A stretch of 64,000 nt of DNA from Halopseudomonas maritima. GTDB lineage: Bacteria; Pseudomonadota; Gammaproteobacteria; Pseudomonadales; Pseudomonadaceae. Location of the stretch: NCBI RefSeq assembly GCF_021545785.1, contig NZ_CP079801.1, positions 2,826,057-2,890,056 of the forward strand. Direction: 5' to 3'. The stretch's first letter is position 1. Every line of letters starts with the position of its first letter. A program made the position numbers and the translations under genes. Below are positions 46,800 through 57,610 of the stretch, piece by piece. The notes beneath the pieces were generated by a model. It was not told the origin of the DNA and made no database searches. It saw nothing but the letters and a program-made list of their open reading frames with translations.

Positions 46800-48305
46800 A
46801 TGACCGACCAGCCGCAAGACCTGCAAGCCCAACACGAGGAAGAGAATCAGCTGATCGCGCAGCGCAAGGCCAAGCTGGCCGCAGCCCGCGAGCAGGGCAT
46901 CGCCTTCCCCAACGACTTCCGCCGCGACAGCCTGTGCGCCGACCTGCAGAAGGCGTATGAGGGTAAGAGCAAGGAGGAGCTGGAAGCCGCGGCCATTCCG
47001 GTCAAGATCGCCGGTCGCATCATGCTTAACCGCGGTGCCTTCATGGTGCTGCAGGACACCTCCGGTCGCCTGCAGGTTTACGTGGACCGCAAGGGTCTGC
47101 CGGCCGAGACGCTGGAAGCGATCAAGACCTGGGACCTGGGTGACATCATTGCCGCCGAAGGCACCCTGGCGCGTTCGGGCAAGGGCGATCTTTATGTGCA
47201 CATGAAAAACGTGCAGCTGCTGACCAAGTCCCTGCGCCCGCTGCCGGACAAGCACCACGGTCTGACCGACACCGAGCAGCGCTACCGTCAGCGCTATGTT
47301 GACCTGATCGTCAACGAAGAAGCGCGTCACACCTTCCGCGTGCGCTCCCAGGTGATCGCGCACATCCGCCGCTTCCTTAACGAGCGCGGCTTCCTGGAAG
47401 TCGAAACCCCGATGCTGCAAACCATTCCGGGCGGCGCGGCGGCCAAGCCGTTTGAAACCCACCACAACGCGCTGGATATGGCGATGTTCCTGCGTATCGC
47501 GCCGGAGCTGTACCTCAAGCGTCTGGTCGTCGGCGGTTTTGAAAAGGTGTTCGAGATCAACCGTAATTTCCGTAACGAGGGCGTCTCGACCCGTCACAAC
47601 CCCGAGTTCACCATGCTCGAGTTCTACCAGGCCTATGCGGATTATCGCGACAACATGGACCTGACCGAAGAGCTGTTCCGTGAGCTGGCGCAGGCGGTGC
47701 TCGGCACCACGGACGTGCCCTATGGCGACAAGGTATTCCATTTTGGCGAGCCCTTTGTGCGCCTGTCGGTATACGACTCCATCCTCAAGTACAACCCGGA
47801 TATCACCGAGGCAGACCTGAACGACGTCGAGACAGCACGCGCCATCGCCAAGAAGGCCGGCGCCAAGGTGCTGGGTCACGAAGGTCTGGGCAAGCTGCAG
47901 GTGATGATTTTTGAAGAGCTGGTCGAGAGCAAGCTCGAGCAGCCGCACTTCATCACCGAGTACCCGTTCGAAGTCTCGCCGCTGGCGCGTCGCAACGACG
48001 ACAACCCGAACGTCACCGACCGTTTCGAGCTGTTTATCGGTGGTCGCGAGATCGCTAACGCCTACTCCGAGCTTAACGACGCCGAAGACCAGGCCGAGCG
48101 CTTCCTGGCTCAGGTGGCCGAGAAGGACGCCGGTGACGACGAAGCCATGCACTACGATGCCGACTTTGTTCGTGCGCTGGAGTACGGCATGCCGCCGACC
48201 GCCGGTGAAGGCATCGGTATTGACCGCCTGGTGATGCTGCTGACCAACTCGCCGTCGATTCGCGACGTCATCCTGTTCCCGCATATGCGGCCAGAAACGG
48301 CGTAA
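46800..48305 (+). CDS. lysS: lysine--tRNA ligase (class II)
   Basis: About 501 aa from [26 protein letters not shown]; anticodon-binding OB domain plus class-II motifs 1-3. Confidence 0.95.
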   Translation: MTDQPQDLQAQHEEENQLIAQRKAKLAAAREQGIAFPNDFRRDSLCADLQKAYEGKSKEELEAAAIPVKIAGRIMLNRGAFMVLQDTSGRLQVYVDRKGLPAETLEAIKTWDLGDIIAAEGTLARSGKGDLYVHMKNVQLLTKSLRPLPDKHHGLTDTEQRYRQRYVDLIVNEEARHTFRVRSQVIAHIRRFLNERGFLEVETPMLQTIPGGAAAKPFETHHNALDMAMFLRIAPELYLKRLVVGGFEKVFEINRNFRNEGVSTRHNPEFTMLEFYQAYADYRDNMDLTEELFRELAQAVLGTTDVPYGDKVFHFGEPFVRLSVYDSILKYNPDITEADLNDVETARAIAKKAGAKVLGHEGLGKLQVMIFEELVESKLEQPHFITEYPFEVSPLARRNDDNPNVTDRFELFIGGREIANAYSELNDAEDQAERFLAQVAEKDAGDDEAMHYDADFVRALEYGMPPTAGEGIGIDRLVMLLTNSPSIRDVILFPHMRPETA

Positions 48306-48312
48306 GCCGTTT

Positions 48313-48459
48313 CAGCTGCAAGCCGCAAGCTACAAGCGGCAAGCAGTGCGAGTTGTATCAGGACTATGATGATTATCGGCTGGTTCGTGTAACCTGCGAG
48401 AGTACGGGACTGCATGGACAGCTTATAGCTTGCGGCTTGAAGCTTGCAGCTTGCAGCTG
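48313..48459. repeat. Long imperfect inverted repeat made of tandem CNNCAAG heptamers (CAGCTGCAAGCCGCAAGCTACAAGCGGCAAGC ... GCTTATAGCTTGCGGCTTGAAGCTTGCAGCTTGCAGCTG) flanking ~76 bp, downstream of lysS
   Basis: Seen directly; each arm is 32-39 bp; same construction as the repeat after hom. Confidence 0.75.
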
Positions 48460-48480
48460 CGACCCAAGGGAGCTACCCCC

Positions 48481-49761
48481 GTGAAACAGAGTGAGCAGTA
48501 TCAGCTGGTCATCCGCAGTCTGTCCGACCGCATTGTCGAGGCGCAGGCGCCGATTCGGGTGCTGGATGCCATCAAGTGGGACGATGGCATTCGCGATGCG
48601 TTTTTTAAAAAGCGCTGCAAGGCGCTGCCGGAGGTGACGGCGGATTACTACGCTCAGCGTCCGCTGAGCTTTGATCCGGCCGAGCGGCGGCAGATTTTTC
48701 AGGATATCGAGCGCGATATCACCCGGCAGCTGGGCAGCTTTAACCCGGTGGGTCAGATCATGCGGCGCATGTGCCGCGAGTACCGCATGGTCATCCGTAT
48801 GCTGGAGGCGCGCGGCACCCAGGATTTTGGCCTGATCTCGCAAGAGCTCTACGGTGCGGCCTCTGACGCTTTTCACGCGGGTGATCCGACCCTGACCGAT
48901 CTGGGTATCACGCTGAGCGAGTCGCTGAAAAACATTGCGCGTACTGATCTGGCCCGTGAGCCCAAGACCATTGCCGCGCCGGAAGCGGTCGAGATTCTGC
49001 AGGCACGCATGAACGAGGCCTTTCCGGATGACCAGGCGGTGCGGGTATTCGAGTCTGACGGTATTGTTGCTGATGCCGCTGCTGGCGCGGATTACATCAA
49101 GATCCGCACTGATGCGCTGTTCAATCAACGGGATCTGAATATTCTTGCCGTGCACGAGGGCATGGTACACGTGGCGACCAGTCTGAACGGCCAGCATCAG
49201 CCGATCTGCACCTTTCTGGCCAAGGGGCCGCCGTCTTCTACGGTCACCCAGGAAGGCCTGGCGATTCTGATGGAGGTGCTGACCTTCAACTCCTACCCTG
49301 CGCGCCTGCGCAAGCTGACCGACCGCACCCGGGCCATTCAGATAGCCGAAACCGGGGGCAACTTCCTGGACGTTTTCCAGTTCTACCGGGACGAAGGCTA
49401 CTCGCGCGATGACAGCTACAACAATGCCAGCCGCGTGTTCCGTGGTTCCTCCAGCGAGGGGCTACCGTTCACCAAGGATCTGGTCTACCTGAAGGGCTTT
49501 ATCCTCACCTACAACTACATTCAGCTGGCGGTGCGCAAGGGCAAGCTGCAGCAAATTCCGCTGCTGTTTTGTGGCAAGACTACGCTGGAAGACATGCGTA
49601 CCCTGGGGCAGCTGGTGGAGGAAGGGCTGGTGGTGCCGCCGCGCTATCTGCCGGCCCCCTTTGCTGATCTCAACGCCCTCAGTGCCTGGATGTGTTTCTC
49701 GGGCTTTCTCAACAATCTGAGTCTGGAGCGGGTCGAAGCCGACTACGCCAACATTCTGTAA
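48481..49761 (+). CDS. Flavohemoglobin expression-modulating QEGLA-motif protein (DUF1704)
   Basis: 426 aa from GTG 48481 (AAGGGA SD); contains the eponymous TVTQEGLAILMEV motif. Confidence 0.7.
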   Translation: MKQSEQYQLVIRSLSDRIVEAQAPIRVLDAIKWDDGIRDAFFKKRCKALPEVTADYYAQRPLSFDPAERRQIFQDIERDITRQLGSFNPVGQIMRRMCREYRMVIRMLEARGTQDFGLISQELYGAASDAFHAGDPTLTDLGITLSESLKNIARTDLAREPKTIAAPEAVEILQARMNEAFPDDQAVRVFESDGIVADAAAGADYIKIRTDALFNQRDLNILAVHEGMVHVATSLNGQHQPICTFLAKGPPSSTVTQEGLAILMEVLTFNSYPARLRKLTDRTRAIQIAETGGNFLDVFQFYRDEGYSRDDSYNNASRVFRGSSSEGLPFTKDLVYLKGFILTYNYIQLAVRKGKLQQIPLLFCGKTTLEDMRTLGQLVEEGLVVPPRYLPAPFADLNALSAWMCFSGFLNNLSLERVEADYANIL

Positions 49762-49773
49762 GCGGAGTTACTG

Positions 49774-50106
49774 ATGTCGCAAGCGCAGGAAATCAACAAG
49801 CTACCCCTTATCCTTACCGCCATCATCACTGTGGTGCTGACCGTTGCGGTGCTGCACCTGTATGGCTACCTCAATTTCGTCAATCCCGAGAAGGGCCTCG
49901 AGCTGGCTGACTACCGCGTGGTAACGGTGGGCTCTGAGGAGGCGGGTAATCTGCGCAGCAACCCGGCCAAGCACGAGGCCGAGTGTGTGGATGGCATTCT
50001 GGTGCTGCACGCCAGCCATATGAACGGCCTGTCCGGCGTGCTGCGTGACAGCCGCGACCGGGTGGTGCGGTGCGTCAATCAGGTGGTTCCGGCGCTGGAG
50101 GAATAA
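49774..50106 (+). CDS. Hypothetical small single-TM protein
   Basis: 110 aa, one N-terminal TM helix; 3 bp before ung. Confidence 0.4.
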   Translation: MSQAQEINKLPLILTAIITVVLTVAVLHLYGYLNFVNPEKGLELADYRVVTVGSEEAGNLRSNPAKHEAECVDGILVLHASHMNGLSGVLRDSRDRVVRCVNQVVPALEE

Positions 50107-50109
50107 GTT

Positions 50110-50805
50110 GTGGGTGAGCGGCCAATTCAACTGGATGACAGCTGGCTCGGCGAGCTGCAGGGCGAGTTTGAACAGCCGTACATGCAGCAGCTGCGCAGCT
50201 TCTTGCAGCAGGAGAAGGCTGCCGGCAAGACAACCTTTCCGCCTGGGCCGCAGGTCTTCAATGCGCTCAACTCTACGGCGCTGGATCAGGTGCGGGTGGT
50301 GATCATTGGTCAGGACCCCTATCACGGCCCGGGGCAGGCTCACGGGCTGAGCTTCTCGGTGCCGCCCGGTGTGCGCACGCCACCGTCGCTGCAGAATATT
50401 TTCAAAGAGATCAATCGCGATCTGGGTTTACCGATTCCGCCCCACGGCTGTCTGCAGTCCTGGGCGGAGCAGGGTGTTCTGCTGCTCAATGCGGTGCTGA
50501 CGGTTGAGCAGGCGCAGGCCGGGTCCCACGCCAAGCGCGGTTGGGAGCGTTTTACCTCAAAGGTGATTGAGGTGGTCAACGCGCGGCGCGAGCACTGTGT
50601 GTTCCTGCTGTGGGGCAGCTACGCCCAGCGCAAGGGCGAACAGATCGATCGCGAACGTCATTGTGTGCTGACCTCGGTGCATCCTTCGCCGTTGTCCGCC
50701 CATCGCGGATTTATCGGTAACGGCCACTTTTCCGCCGCCAACGACTATCTTGTCAGTCATGGGCAGGCACCCATTGACTGGGGTCTGCCTGATCTTCCCC
50801 GTTAG
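50110..50805 (+). CDS. ung: uracil-DNA glycosylase
   Basis: [18 protein letters not shown] catalytic water-activating loop and HPSPLSA DNA-intercalating leucine loop. Confidence 0.9.
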   Translation: MGERPIQLDDSWLGELQGEFEQPYMQQLRSFLQQEKAAGKTTFPPGPQVFNALNSTALDQVRVVIIGQDPYHGPGQAHGLSFSVPPGVRTPPSLQNIFKEINRDLGLPIPPHGCLQSWAEQGVLLLNAVLTVEQAQAGSHAKRGWERFTSKVIEVVNARREHCVFLLWGSYAQRKGEQIDRERHCVLTSVHPSPLSAHRGFIGNGHFSAANDYLVSHGQAPIDWGLPDLPR

Positions 50806-50862
50806 CCCCCGGGGCCAGGCTCGCGGCGGCGCACGCCTGCCGTCGGGTCGCTCCGGCGTGAG

Positions 50863-51690
50863 TTGGAGACTGTTATGGAGCATGCACTGCAACCCTATAC
50901 CGCGCTTGTACCGCGCACCGACAAACTGGTGGTGCAGAAGGCCGGCCATACCGCGCTGGTTACCATTGATAACCCGCCGGCCAATACCTGGGATTCCGAC
51001 AGCCTGCACGGCTTGCCCGAGCTGCTGCATCATCTGAACGCCGATCCGGATATCTACGCGCTGGTGCTGACTGGCCGCGGCGAGCGTTTCTTTTCCGCGG
51101 GCGCCGATCTGAATATGTTTGCTGACGGTGATGCGGCGCGGGCGCGGGAGATGGCCCGTCTGTTTGGCGCAGCCTTTGAGGCGTTGCGCGATTTCTCCGG
51201 CGTCACCATTGCGGCCATCAACGGCTATGCGATGGGTGGCGGCCTGGAGTGCGCGCTGGCCTGTGATATCCGCATTGCTGAGCGGCAGGCGCAACTGGCC
51301 TTGCCGGAGGCCAGTGTCGGACTGTTGCCCTGCGCTGGTGGCACTCAGGCTCTGGCCTGGCTGGTCGGAGAAGGTTGGGCCAAGCGGATGATTCTCTGCG
51401 GCGAGCGGATTGATGGCGTGCGGGCCGAACGTATCGGCTTGGTACAGGAGTGCGTGGAGCAGGGGCAGGCGGTGGCGGTGGCACTACGCCTGGCAGCCCA
51501 GGTGGCACGTCAGAGTCCGACCGCAGTGGGCTACTGCAAGCAGCTGATCCAGGGTGCCCGCAACCAACCGTTGAACTCTTTGCTGGCCAGTGAGCGCGAG
51601 CACTTCGTTGACCTGTTCGAGCTGGAGGATACCGTGGAGGGGGTTAACGCCTTTCTGGAGAAGCGACCGCTGCGGTGGACGCGGCGGTGA
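50863..51690 (+). CDS. Enoyl-CoA hydratase/isomerase (crotonase) family protein
   Basis: 275 aa; crotonase fold with oxyanion-hole segments (FFSAGADL; INGYAMGGGLECALACDIRIA). Confidence 0.85.
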   Translation: METVMEHALQPYTALVPRTDKLVVQKAGHTALVTIDNPPANTWDSDSLHGLPELLHHLNADPDIYALVLTGRGERFFSAGADLNMFADGDAARAREMARLFGAAFEALRDFSGVTIAAINGYAMGGGLECALACDIRIAERQAQLALPEASVGLLPCAGGTQALAWLVGEGWAKRMILCGERIDGVRAERIGLVQECVEQGQAVAVALRLAAQVARQSPTAVGYCKQLIQGARNQPLNSLLASEREHFVDLFELEDTVEGVNAFLEKRPLRWTRR

Positions 51691-51702
51691 GTGGCTGCTG
51701 GC

Positions 51703-52536
51703 TCAGGCCAGCAGCTGCATGGCGGCTTCCATCTCGGCAGACAGGTCTTCGTCTTCCTGTTCGTCGGCCGGGTTCAAACCGAGCTTGGCAAAGGCGCTGA
51801 TGCCGCTCCAGTCCATTTGCGCGTACGGGTGCTGGGTGCCGGACAGTGACTGCAGCATGGCCACCTGCACAATGTCGGCGTAGTCAACACTGGCTGAGTT
51901 GCGCTGGAAGTCCAGATGCTCGGACGGTACGTGACGCAGCGGCTCGGGGAAGTCCCAGGCCTGCAGAATGCGATCGCCCAGCAGCGGGTGAATGCGGTCG
52001 ATAACCAGGTTCAGGCTGATGGAGTCGCGCAACAGCTGGCTGTTCTCTTCGGCGTAGCTAAGAATCGGCAGCACGCCAATCTGGTGGACCAGGCCAGCCA
52101 GTGTGGCCTGATCGGGCTTCAGACGGGTGTAGTGACGGCACAGCACATGGCTGATGCCAGCCACTTCTGTGCTGCGCGTCCATACCTCACGCATCTTGCG
52201 GTCAATCACGTCAGAGGTCGCCTGGAACATCTGCGACATCGCCAGACCGGTTGCCAGGTTGGCGGTGTAGGCGATGCCCATGCGGTTCACGGCCATCGAC
52301 AGGTCGGTGATTTCTTGGCGGCTGCGCAGTAGCGGACTGTTGACCACCTTGATCAGGCGGGCGCTGAGGGCGGCGTCGTTGCTTATTTCGCGCACCAGGT
52401 CGGGAATGCTGACGTCCGGGTCTTCGGCGGCCTCTCGCACCCGTAGTGCAACCTCCGGCAGGGTGGGTAGTACCAGCTGATCTTTCTCGATGGCTTGCAT
52501 CAGCTCATCATGGACGCGTTGGGCGAGGTCGGTCAT
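51703..52536 (-). CDS. HDOD-domain signalling protein
   Basis: 277 aa matching the HDOD domain across its whole length. Confidence 0.75.
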   Translation of the reverse strand: MTDLAQRVHDELMQAIEKDQLVLPTLPEVALRVREAAEDPDVSIPDLVREISNDAALSARLIKVVNSPLLRSRQEITDLSMAVNRMGIAYTANLATGLAMSQMFQATSDVIDRKMREVWTRSTEVAGISHVLCRHYTRLKPDQATLAGLVHQIGVLPILSYAEENSQLLRDSISLNLVIDRIHPLLGDRILQAWDFPEPLRHVPSEHLDFQRNSASVDYADIVQVAMLQSLSGTQHPYAQMDWSGISAFAKLGLNPADEQEDEDLSAEMEAAMQLLA

Positions 52537-52554
52537 GTCATGTCCCTTGGTGTT

Positions 52555-53559
52555 CTATTGTTCGGCTTCAGCGCTGGTCAGTGCCTGCTCGTAGGGTAGC
52601 TCACTGAGCGTCAGTAGCGGGCCGTCGCTGGCGGCCAGGCTTAACGTCGCCAATTGTGCTGCATCCTTCTGCAATACGGCCAGCAGTTCGACTGCCTTGG
52701 ATCCGCGCGCGGCGATTACGACGTCGCCCACGGCTTTGCCGCTGTCGCGATCGATAATCTCGGTGCCCGGCTTGGGCGGTGCGTCGCCAGCCATCAGCAG
52801 GCGGTACATGCGACGCTTGAGTTTGCCCAGGTACTGCATGCGAGCAACGATCTCCTGGCCGGTGTAGCAGCCCTTGCGGAAGCTGACGCCGCCCAAGTGT
52901 TGCAGATTGAGCATCTGCGGAATATAGCTTTCGAGGGTCGGCCCGGTCACTTGGCCGATGCCGCTCTGGATTTGGCGCAACTGCCACTGGTTGGCGCTAA
53001 CCAGTGAAGCGTGGGCGGACAGCTTCGCCAACAGGGCAGGCGCATCGGCAATCGGCGTCCAGACGGCATAGGCCGCGCCCGGCAGGCGCAGGGCGACGCT
53101 GTTGCCCGTGCGGCTGATGCCGTTGTCTTCGGCAGGTGGCTGGAGGCCGGCCGCATGCAATGCCTGTTCGGCTTGCTCGCCCCATAGGCCGAAGCCGGCC
53201 CAGTTGTCGCTTTGGTCCGCCAGTTGGCATTGGCGGTAAAGTGCGGCGTATTTGCCGAGATCGGCCAATTGCGGGGCAACCAGCTCGCGCGCCAGACTCA
53301 ACAGCATGCCGTCGGTGGTTCGCCAGATGCGGAAGCTGGACTGCATGCGGCCCTTGGGGCTGCAGCGCGCGCCGAGGCTGCTGTGATCCTGGTCGAGCTG
53401 GCGCAGGTCGCAGGTGATTTGGCCCTGCAGGAATTTGTCGGCATCGCTGCCGGTCACACTGATCAGGCCCTGATGGTCGAGCAGGCTCAGGCCTGTCGCG
53501 AAGTCGCTGCTGTCGCTCGCCTCGGCAAAGTGGCTGGCAAGCTCGGCGTGTAAGGTCAT
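52555..53559 (-). CDS. ygfZ: tRNA-modifying folate-binding protein YgfZ (CAF17)
   Basis: 334 aa; GcvT-like fold with the C-terminal KGCYTGQEIVAR motif diagnostic of YgfZ. Confidence 0.8.
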   Translation of the reverse strand: MTLHAELASHFAEASDSSDFATGLSLLDHQGLISVTGSDADKFLQGQITCDLRQLDQDHSSLGARCSPKGRMQSSFRIWRTTDGMLLSLARELVAPQLADLGKYAALYRQCQLADQSDNWAGFGLWGEQAEQALHAAGLQPPAEDNGISRTGNSVALRLPGAAYAVWTPIADAPALLAKLSAHASLVSANQWQLRQIQSGIGQVTGPTLESYIPQMLNLQHLGGVSFRKGCYTGQEIVARMQYLGKLKRRMYRLLMAGDAPPKPGTEIIDRDSGKAVGDVVIAARGSKAVELLAVLQKDAAQLATLSLAASDGPLLTLSELPYEQALTSAEAEQ

Positions 53560-53697
53560 ACCGTCGTTGTTCCCTTGGTGTGTGGTGATACATGATAGGG
53601 TGCGGGGCGGGTGCTTGTCAGGCGCCGCTTGCTGCTATCTTGCCGTTATAATGAGAATTGCAATGCGCAGTTCAATTCTCAGCTTGTGGAGTTGCCG

Positions 53698-53952
53698 ATG
53701 TCGGCCGATATAGAAATGAAACGTTTGTTCTGGCACAGCCGTCGCGGCATGCTGGAACTGGATGTCTTGCTGGTGCCCTTTCTGCAGGAGGTGTATCCGA
53801 CGCTGGACGAGGCTGATCAGGCGCGTTATCGCCAACTGCTGGAGTGTGAGGATCAGGACATGTTCGTCTGGTTTATGCAGCGTGGCGAGCCGGATGACCC
53901 GGAGCTGCGTCACATCGTGAGGATGATTCTGGACCGTGTACAGCCAAACTGA
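53698..53952 (+). CDS. sdhE: FAD assembly factor SdhE (YgfY; also antitoxin CptB)
   Basis: 84 aa from [22 protein letters not shown] with the conserved RGxxE motif. Confidence 0.8.
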   Translation: MSADIEMKRLFWHSRRGMLELDVLLVPFLQEVYPTLDEADQARYRQLLECEDQDMFVWFMQRGEPDDPELRHIVRMILDRVQPN

Positions 53953-54388
53953 ATATCTGTTGCTGCAACGCCAACCGTCCCGCTGGATGGCCTTTTTGCT
54001 GCTGCTCAGCGGGCTGTTGGCGTGTCTGGGCGTATTCAATAGCGCCTTGACCCTTTGGCCGAGCTTGCTGTGTGTAGCGCTGGTGCTGCTGTATGGCGGT
54101 TGGGTCTGGCCGCGTCAGGTGAGTTTGCGACACCCGCACTCGGTGACCGGTTTGCGCTTTGACAGCGAAGGTTGGCACATCCTGCGCCGTGACGGTTCGG
54201 AAGTGGCGGCGCGCCTGCTGGCTGATACCTATGTCAGTGCCATGCTGACGGTGGTCAGGCTGCGCGAGCAGGGTCGCTGGTGTCCGGTGTCCGTCGTCTT
54301 GCCGGCCGACGCCGCGCCGGAAGAAAGCCTGCGTCGGCTGCGCCTGCGTTTGCGCTTCAGTCGTCAGCGTTGGGTGGTGGCAGAATAG
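53936..54388 (+). CDS. ygfX: YgfX (CptA)-family inner-membrane protein
   Basis: 150 aa; two TMs; overlaps the sdhE stop by 17 nt, as in the E. coli ygfY-ygfX pair. Confidence 0.65.
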   Translation: MYSQTEYLLLQRQPSRWMAFLLLLSGLLACLGVFNSALTLWPSLLCVALVLLYGGWVWPRQVSLRHPHSVTGLRFDSEGWHILRRDGSEVAARLLADTYVSAMLTVVRLREQGRWCPVSVVLPADAAPEESLRRLRLRLRFSRQRWVVAE

Positions 54389-55970
54389 TATCCAGCGCTT
54401 GCTCCAGCTGCGCCGGGTAGTCCAGGGTGTAGTGCAGGCCGCGGCTCTCGCGGCGCTGCATGGCCGAGCGAATGATCAGGTCGGCGACCACCGCCAGGTT
54501 GCGCAGCTCCAGCAGGTCCCGGCTGACCCGATAATTGCTGTAGAACTCGTGGATTTCCGCCAGTAGCAGGTCAACGCGGTGTTTCGCCCGTTGCAGTCGC
54601 TTGGATGTCCGCACAATCCCCACGTAATCCCACATGAAGCGCCGCAGCTCATCCCAGTTGTGGGAGATGATCACGTCCTCATCCGAGTCGGTCACCTGGC
54701 TTTCATCCCAGATCGGCAGCTCTTGCGGCATGGCGCTGTCTTGCAAGCGCGCCAGAATGTCCTGGCTGGCGGCACGGCCGTACACAATGCATTCGAGCAG
54801 CGAGTTGCTGGCCATGCGGTTGGCGCCGTGCAGGCCGGTGAAGCTGGTCTCGCCAATGGCGTAGAGTCGGGTGAGGTCGGTGCGCCCGCTGCTGTCGACC
54901 ATTACGCCGCCACAGGTGTAGTGGGCCGCTGGTACGACCGGTATTGGTTCGCGGGTGATATCAATGCCAAATGCCAGGCAGCGTTCGTGCACAGTCGGGA
55001 AGTGACTACGGATAAAGTCGGCCGGCTTATGGGTGATATCCAGGTACACACAGTCCAGACCCAGGCGCTTCATTTCATGGTCGATGGCGCGGGCCACGAT
55101 ATCGCGCGGTGCCAGCTCGGCGCGCTCGTCAAAGCGCGGCATAAAGCGCTCGCCATTGGGCAGGCGCAGCAGGGCGCCTTCGCCGCGCAGGGCTTCGGTG
55201 ATCAAAAAACTCTTGGCCTTGGGATGGTACAGACAGGTCGGGTGGAACTGGTTGAATTCCATGTTGGCCACCCGGCAGCCGGCGCGCCAGGCCATGGCGA
55301 TACCGTCGCCCGAGGCGCTGTCCGGGTTGCTGGTGTACAGGTACACCTTGCTGGCGCCGCCCGTGGCCAACACGGTAAAGCGTGCGGCGACAGTTTCGAC
55401 GTGCCCGCTTGAGCGGTTCAGGATGTAGGCGCCCAGGCACTCGTTGCCGCTGCGGCCCAGCTTTTTGCTGGTGATCAGGTCAACCGCCACGCGGTTATCC
55501 AGTAGCTCGATATTGCTGTGCTCTTCGGCCCGTTGCAGCAGTGTGTTGAAGATGGCTGCGCCGGTGGCGTCAGCGGCGTGGATGATGCGGCGATGACTGT
55601 GGCCGCCCTCGCGGGTCAGATGGAAATCGTCGCTCTCGCTGCCATCCGAGCGTCGCTCGCGGGTGAAGGGTACGCCCTGTTCGACCAGCCAGCCGATGGC
55701 GTCGGCGCTATCGCCAACAATCTGCCGTACAGCGTCTTCGTGACACAGGCCGCCGCCAGCGATCAGGGTGTCCTGGACGTGCGCGTCAACCGTGTCGGCA
55801 TCGTCCAGCACCGCTGCTACACCGCCTTGGGCCCAGAAGGTGGAGCCCTCGGATAGCTGTCCTTTGCTCAATACGGCTACGCGTAGATCGCTGGCCAGGT
55901 GCAGAGCTAGGGTCAGGCCGGCGGCGCCGCTGCCGATGACCAGTACGTCGTATTGGCGTTGTCGCGTCAT
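54357..55970 (-). CDS. nadB: L-aspartate oxidase
   Basis: FAD-binding N-terminus [13 protein letters not shown], the fumarate-reductase-like capping domain and the C-terminal ...[13 protein letters not shown]. Start taken at ATG 55970; the TTG 56006 extension is less likely. Confidence 0.9.
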   Translation of the reverse strand: MTRQRQYDVLVIGSGAAGLTLALHLASDLRVAVLSKGQLSEGSTFWAQGGVAAVLDDADTVDAHVQDTLIAGGGLCHEDAVRQIVGDSADAIGWLVEQGVPFTRERRSDGSESDDFHLTREGGHSHRRIIHAADATGAAIFNTLLQRAEEHSNIELLDNRVAVDLITSKKLGRSGNECLGAYILNRSSGHVETVAARFTVLATGGASKVYLYTSNPDSASGDGIAMAWRAGCRVANMEFNQFHPTCLYHPKAKSFLITEALRGEGALLRLPNGERFMPRFDERAELAPRDIVARAIDHEMKRLGLDCVYLDITHKPADFIRSHFPTVHERCLAFGIDITREPIPVVPAAHYTCGGVMVDSSGRTDLTRLYAIGETSFTGLHGANRMASNSLLECIVYGRAASQDILARLQDSAMPQELPIWDESQVTDSDEDVIISHNWDELRRFMWDYVGIVRTSKRLQRAKHRVDLLLAEIHEFYSNYRVSRDLLELRNLAVVADLIIRSAMQRRESRGLHYTLDYPAQLEQALDTILPPPNADD

Positions 55971-56284
55971 ATCTTTATTCAGCTGCTGGATGGTCTGGGT
56001 GCTCAAGTGGCGCCCAGACAGGTGTCTTTGGCAGTATGCATACGACCGAAGGTGTTGCGGAAAACGGTCGTGGGCGCTGGCTTCGGCCCCCTTTTACTTG
56101 CGCAGGGGAGGCGTGTGGATAAGGCCGCGCTTGCCTAGTATATAGAAGCGCGCTGCCGCACAATACTGTCTCCCATGGGTGAGGGCCTGATGGTTTGCTT
56201 GCTGGCAGGATGCTGGCATTGTGCGCTCACATGGGAACTTTTTGTCATTTATGACGTTCCTACTGCTGTACCTGAGTGAGGGGA

Positions 56285-56312
56285 GAACTTTTGGTTACAA
56301 CTTGTGTCTACG
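56285..56312 (+). promoter_or_regulatory. Sigma-E (AlgU/RpoE)-type autoregulated promoter
   Basis: GAACTT - 16 nt - TCTACG, 40 bp upstream of the algU start. Matches the GAACTT-N16/17-TCtgA consensus. Confidence 0.55.
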
Positions 56313-56352
56313 ATAACGACGCGAATCGCGGACCCTGCAGAGTGATTTCATT

Positions 56353-56928
56353 ATGACAGGGCAGAGCGATCAGCAGTTGGTTGAGCGTGTTCAGAAAGGC
56401 GACAAGCGTGCCTTTGATCTGCTGGTTCTTAAATACCAGCACAAGATTCTCGCATTGGTGACGCGTTTTGTGCATGACAGCCATGAAGCGCAGGACGTGG
56501 CTCAAGAAGCGTTCATCAAAGCCTATCGCGCGCTGGCGAACTTTCGTGGTGATAGCGCGTTCTATACGTGGCTGTACCGCATTGCGATTAACACCGCAAA
56601 GAACTACCTGGTGGCGCGCAATCGTCGGCCGCCGGATTCGGATATCGCCGCAGATGAGGCGGAGTATTACGAAGGCGACAGCATCCTGAAGGATATTCAC
56701 TCGCCTGAACGCGAAATGTTGCGCGACGAAATCGAGCAGGTAGTGAACAAAACCCTCGAACAGTTGCCTGATGATTTAAGAACAGCGTTAACCCTGCGTG
56801 AGTTCGAAGGGTTGAGCTATGAAGACATTGCCAACGTGATGGCCTGCCCGGTCGGCACCGTCCGCTCCCGGATCTTCCGGGCGCGGGAGGCAATAGATAA
56901 AGCCCTGAAACCGTTGCTTGAAGCATGA
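56353..56928 (+). CDS. algU: ECF RNA polymerase sigma factor sigma-E (AlgU/RpoE)
   Basis: 191 aa; DQQLVERVQKGDKRAFDLLVLKYQHKI is near-identical to the RpoE/AlgU N-terminus; sigma70 regions 2 and 4. Confidence 0.95.
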   Translation: MTGQSDQQLVERVQKGDKRAFDLLVLKYQHKILALVTRFVHDSHEAQDVAQEAFIKAYRALANFRGDSAFYTWLYRIAINTAKNYLVARNRRPPDSDIAADEAEYYEGDSILKDIHSPEREMLRDEIEQVVNKTLEQLPDDLRTALTLREFEGLSYEDIANVMACPVGTVRSRIFRAREAIDKALKPLLEA

Positions 56929-56983
56929 TCGGCAACAGGGTGCAACGCAGTGAGCCCTTGGGGCCAACAGCAGAGGTATAGCA

Positions 56984-57610
56984 ATGAGAAACGAAGTCTT
57001 GCAGGAGTCTCTTTCCGCTCTCATGGACAACGAGGCTGATGAACTGGAAGTGCGCCGTGTTCTCCAGGCAGCTGATCAGGATCCAGCACTGCGTAGTACC
57101 TGGGCGCGCTACCAGATGGCTCGCTCGGTCATGCACAAGGAGCCCTGGCAGGGTTCGGTAGACCTGTCAGCTGGCATCGCTGCAGCGCTACAGGATGAGC
57201 CGGCGTTGCACCTGGAATCTGGGCAGGCGGCGCCTGTTGCCGCTCAGGGATCTGTGTTGTGGCGCAACCTCGGTCGGGTAGCCGTGGCGGCATCCGTGAC
57301 CTTGGCCGTGCTGGTAGGCGTGCGGATGGTCAATCAGGGTGATGCGCCGACGCAGCCGATGACTGCGGCCAGCAGCCCTGCGCCGTCTATGCTGCAGGCT
57401 AATCCGGCTGCACGCTCCGGTGCGGTATTGGCCGGCTACTCGCAGACCGGCACTGCCGCCGCCGAGCCGCTGGCGCCTGCGCAAGGTCCCTCGGCCTGGC
57501 ATGAGCAGCGCATTAGTCGCTACCTGCGTGAGCACGCCGAGGCTGGTGCCCAGTTCAATACGCCGCAGCTGGTGCCTTATGCCCGCGCAGCGAGCATGGA
57601 AGGTCGCTAG
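56984..57610 (+). CDS. mucA: Anti-sigma-E factor (MucA/RseA)
   Basis: 208 aa; N-terminal sigma-E-binding domain (LSALMDNEADELE), single TM, periplasmic tail ending in a protease-targeted YARAASMEGR. Confidence 0.9.
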   Translation: MRNEVLQESLSALMDNEADELEVRRVLQAADQDPALRSTWARYQMARSVMHKEPWQGSVDLSAGIAAALQDEPALHLESGQAAPVAAQGSVLWRNLGRVAVAASVTLAVLVGVRMVNQGDAPTQPMTAASSPAPSMLQANPAARSGAVLAGYSQTGTAAAEPLAPAQGPSAWHEQRISRYLREHAEAGAQFNTPQLVPYARAASMEGR

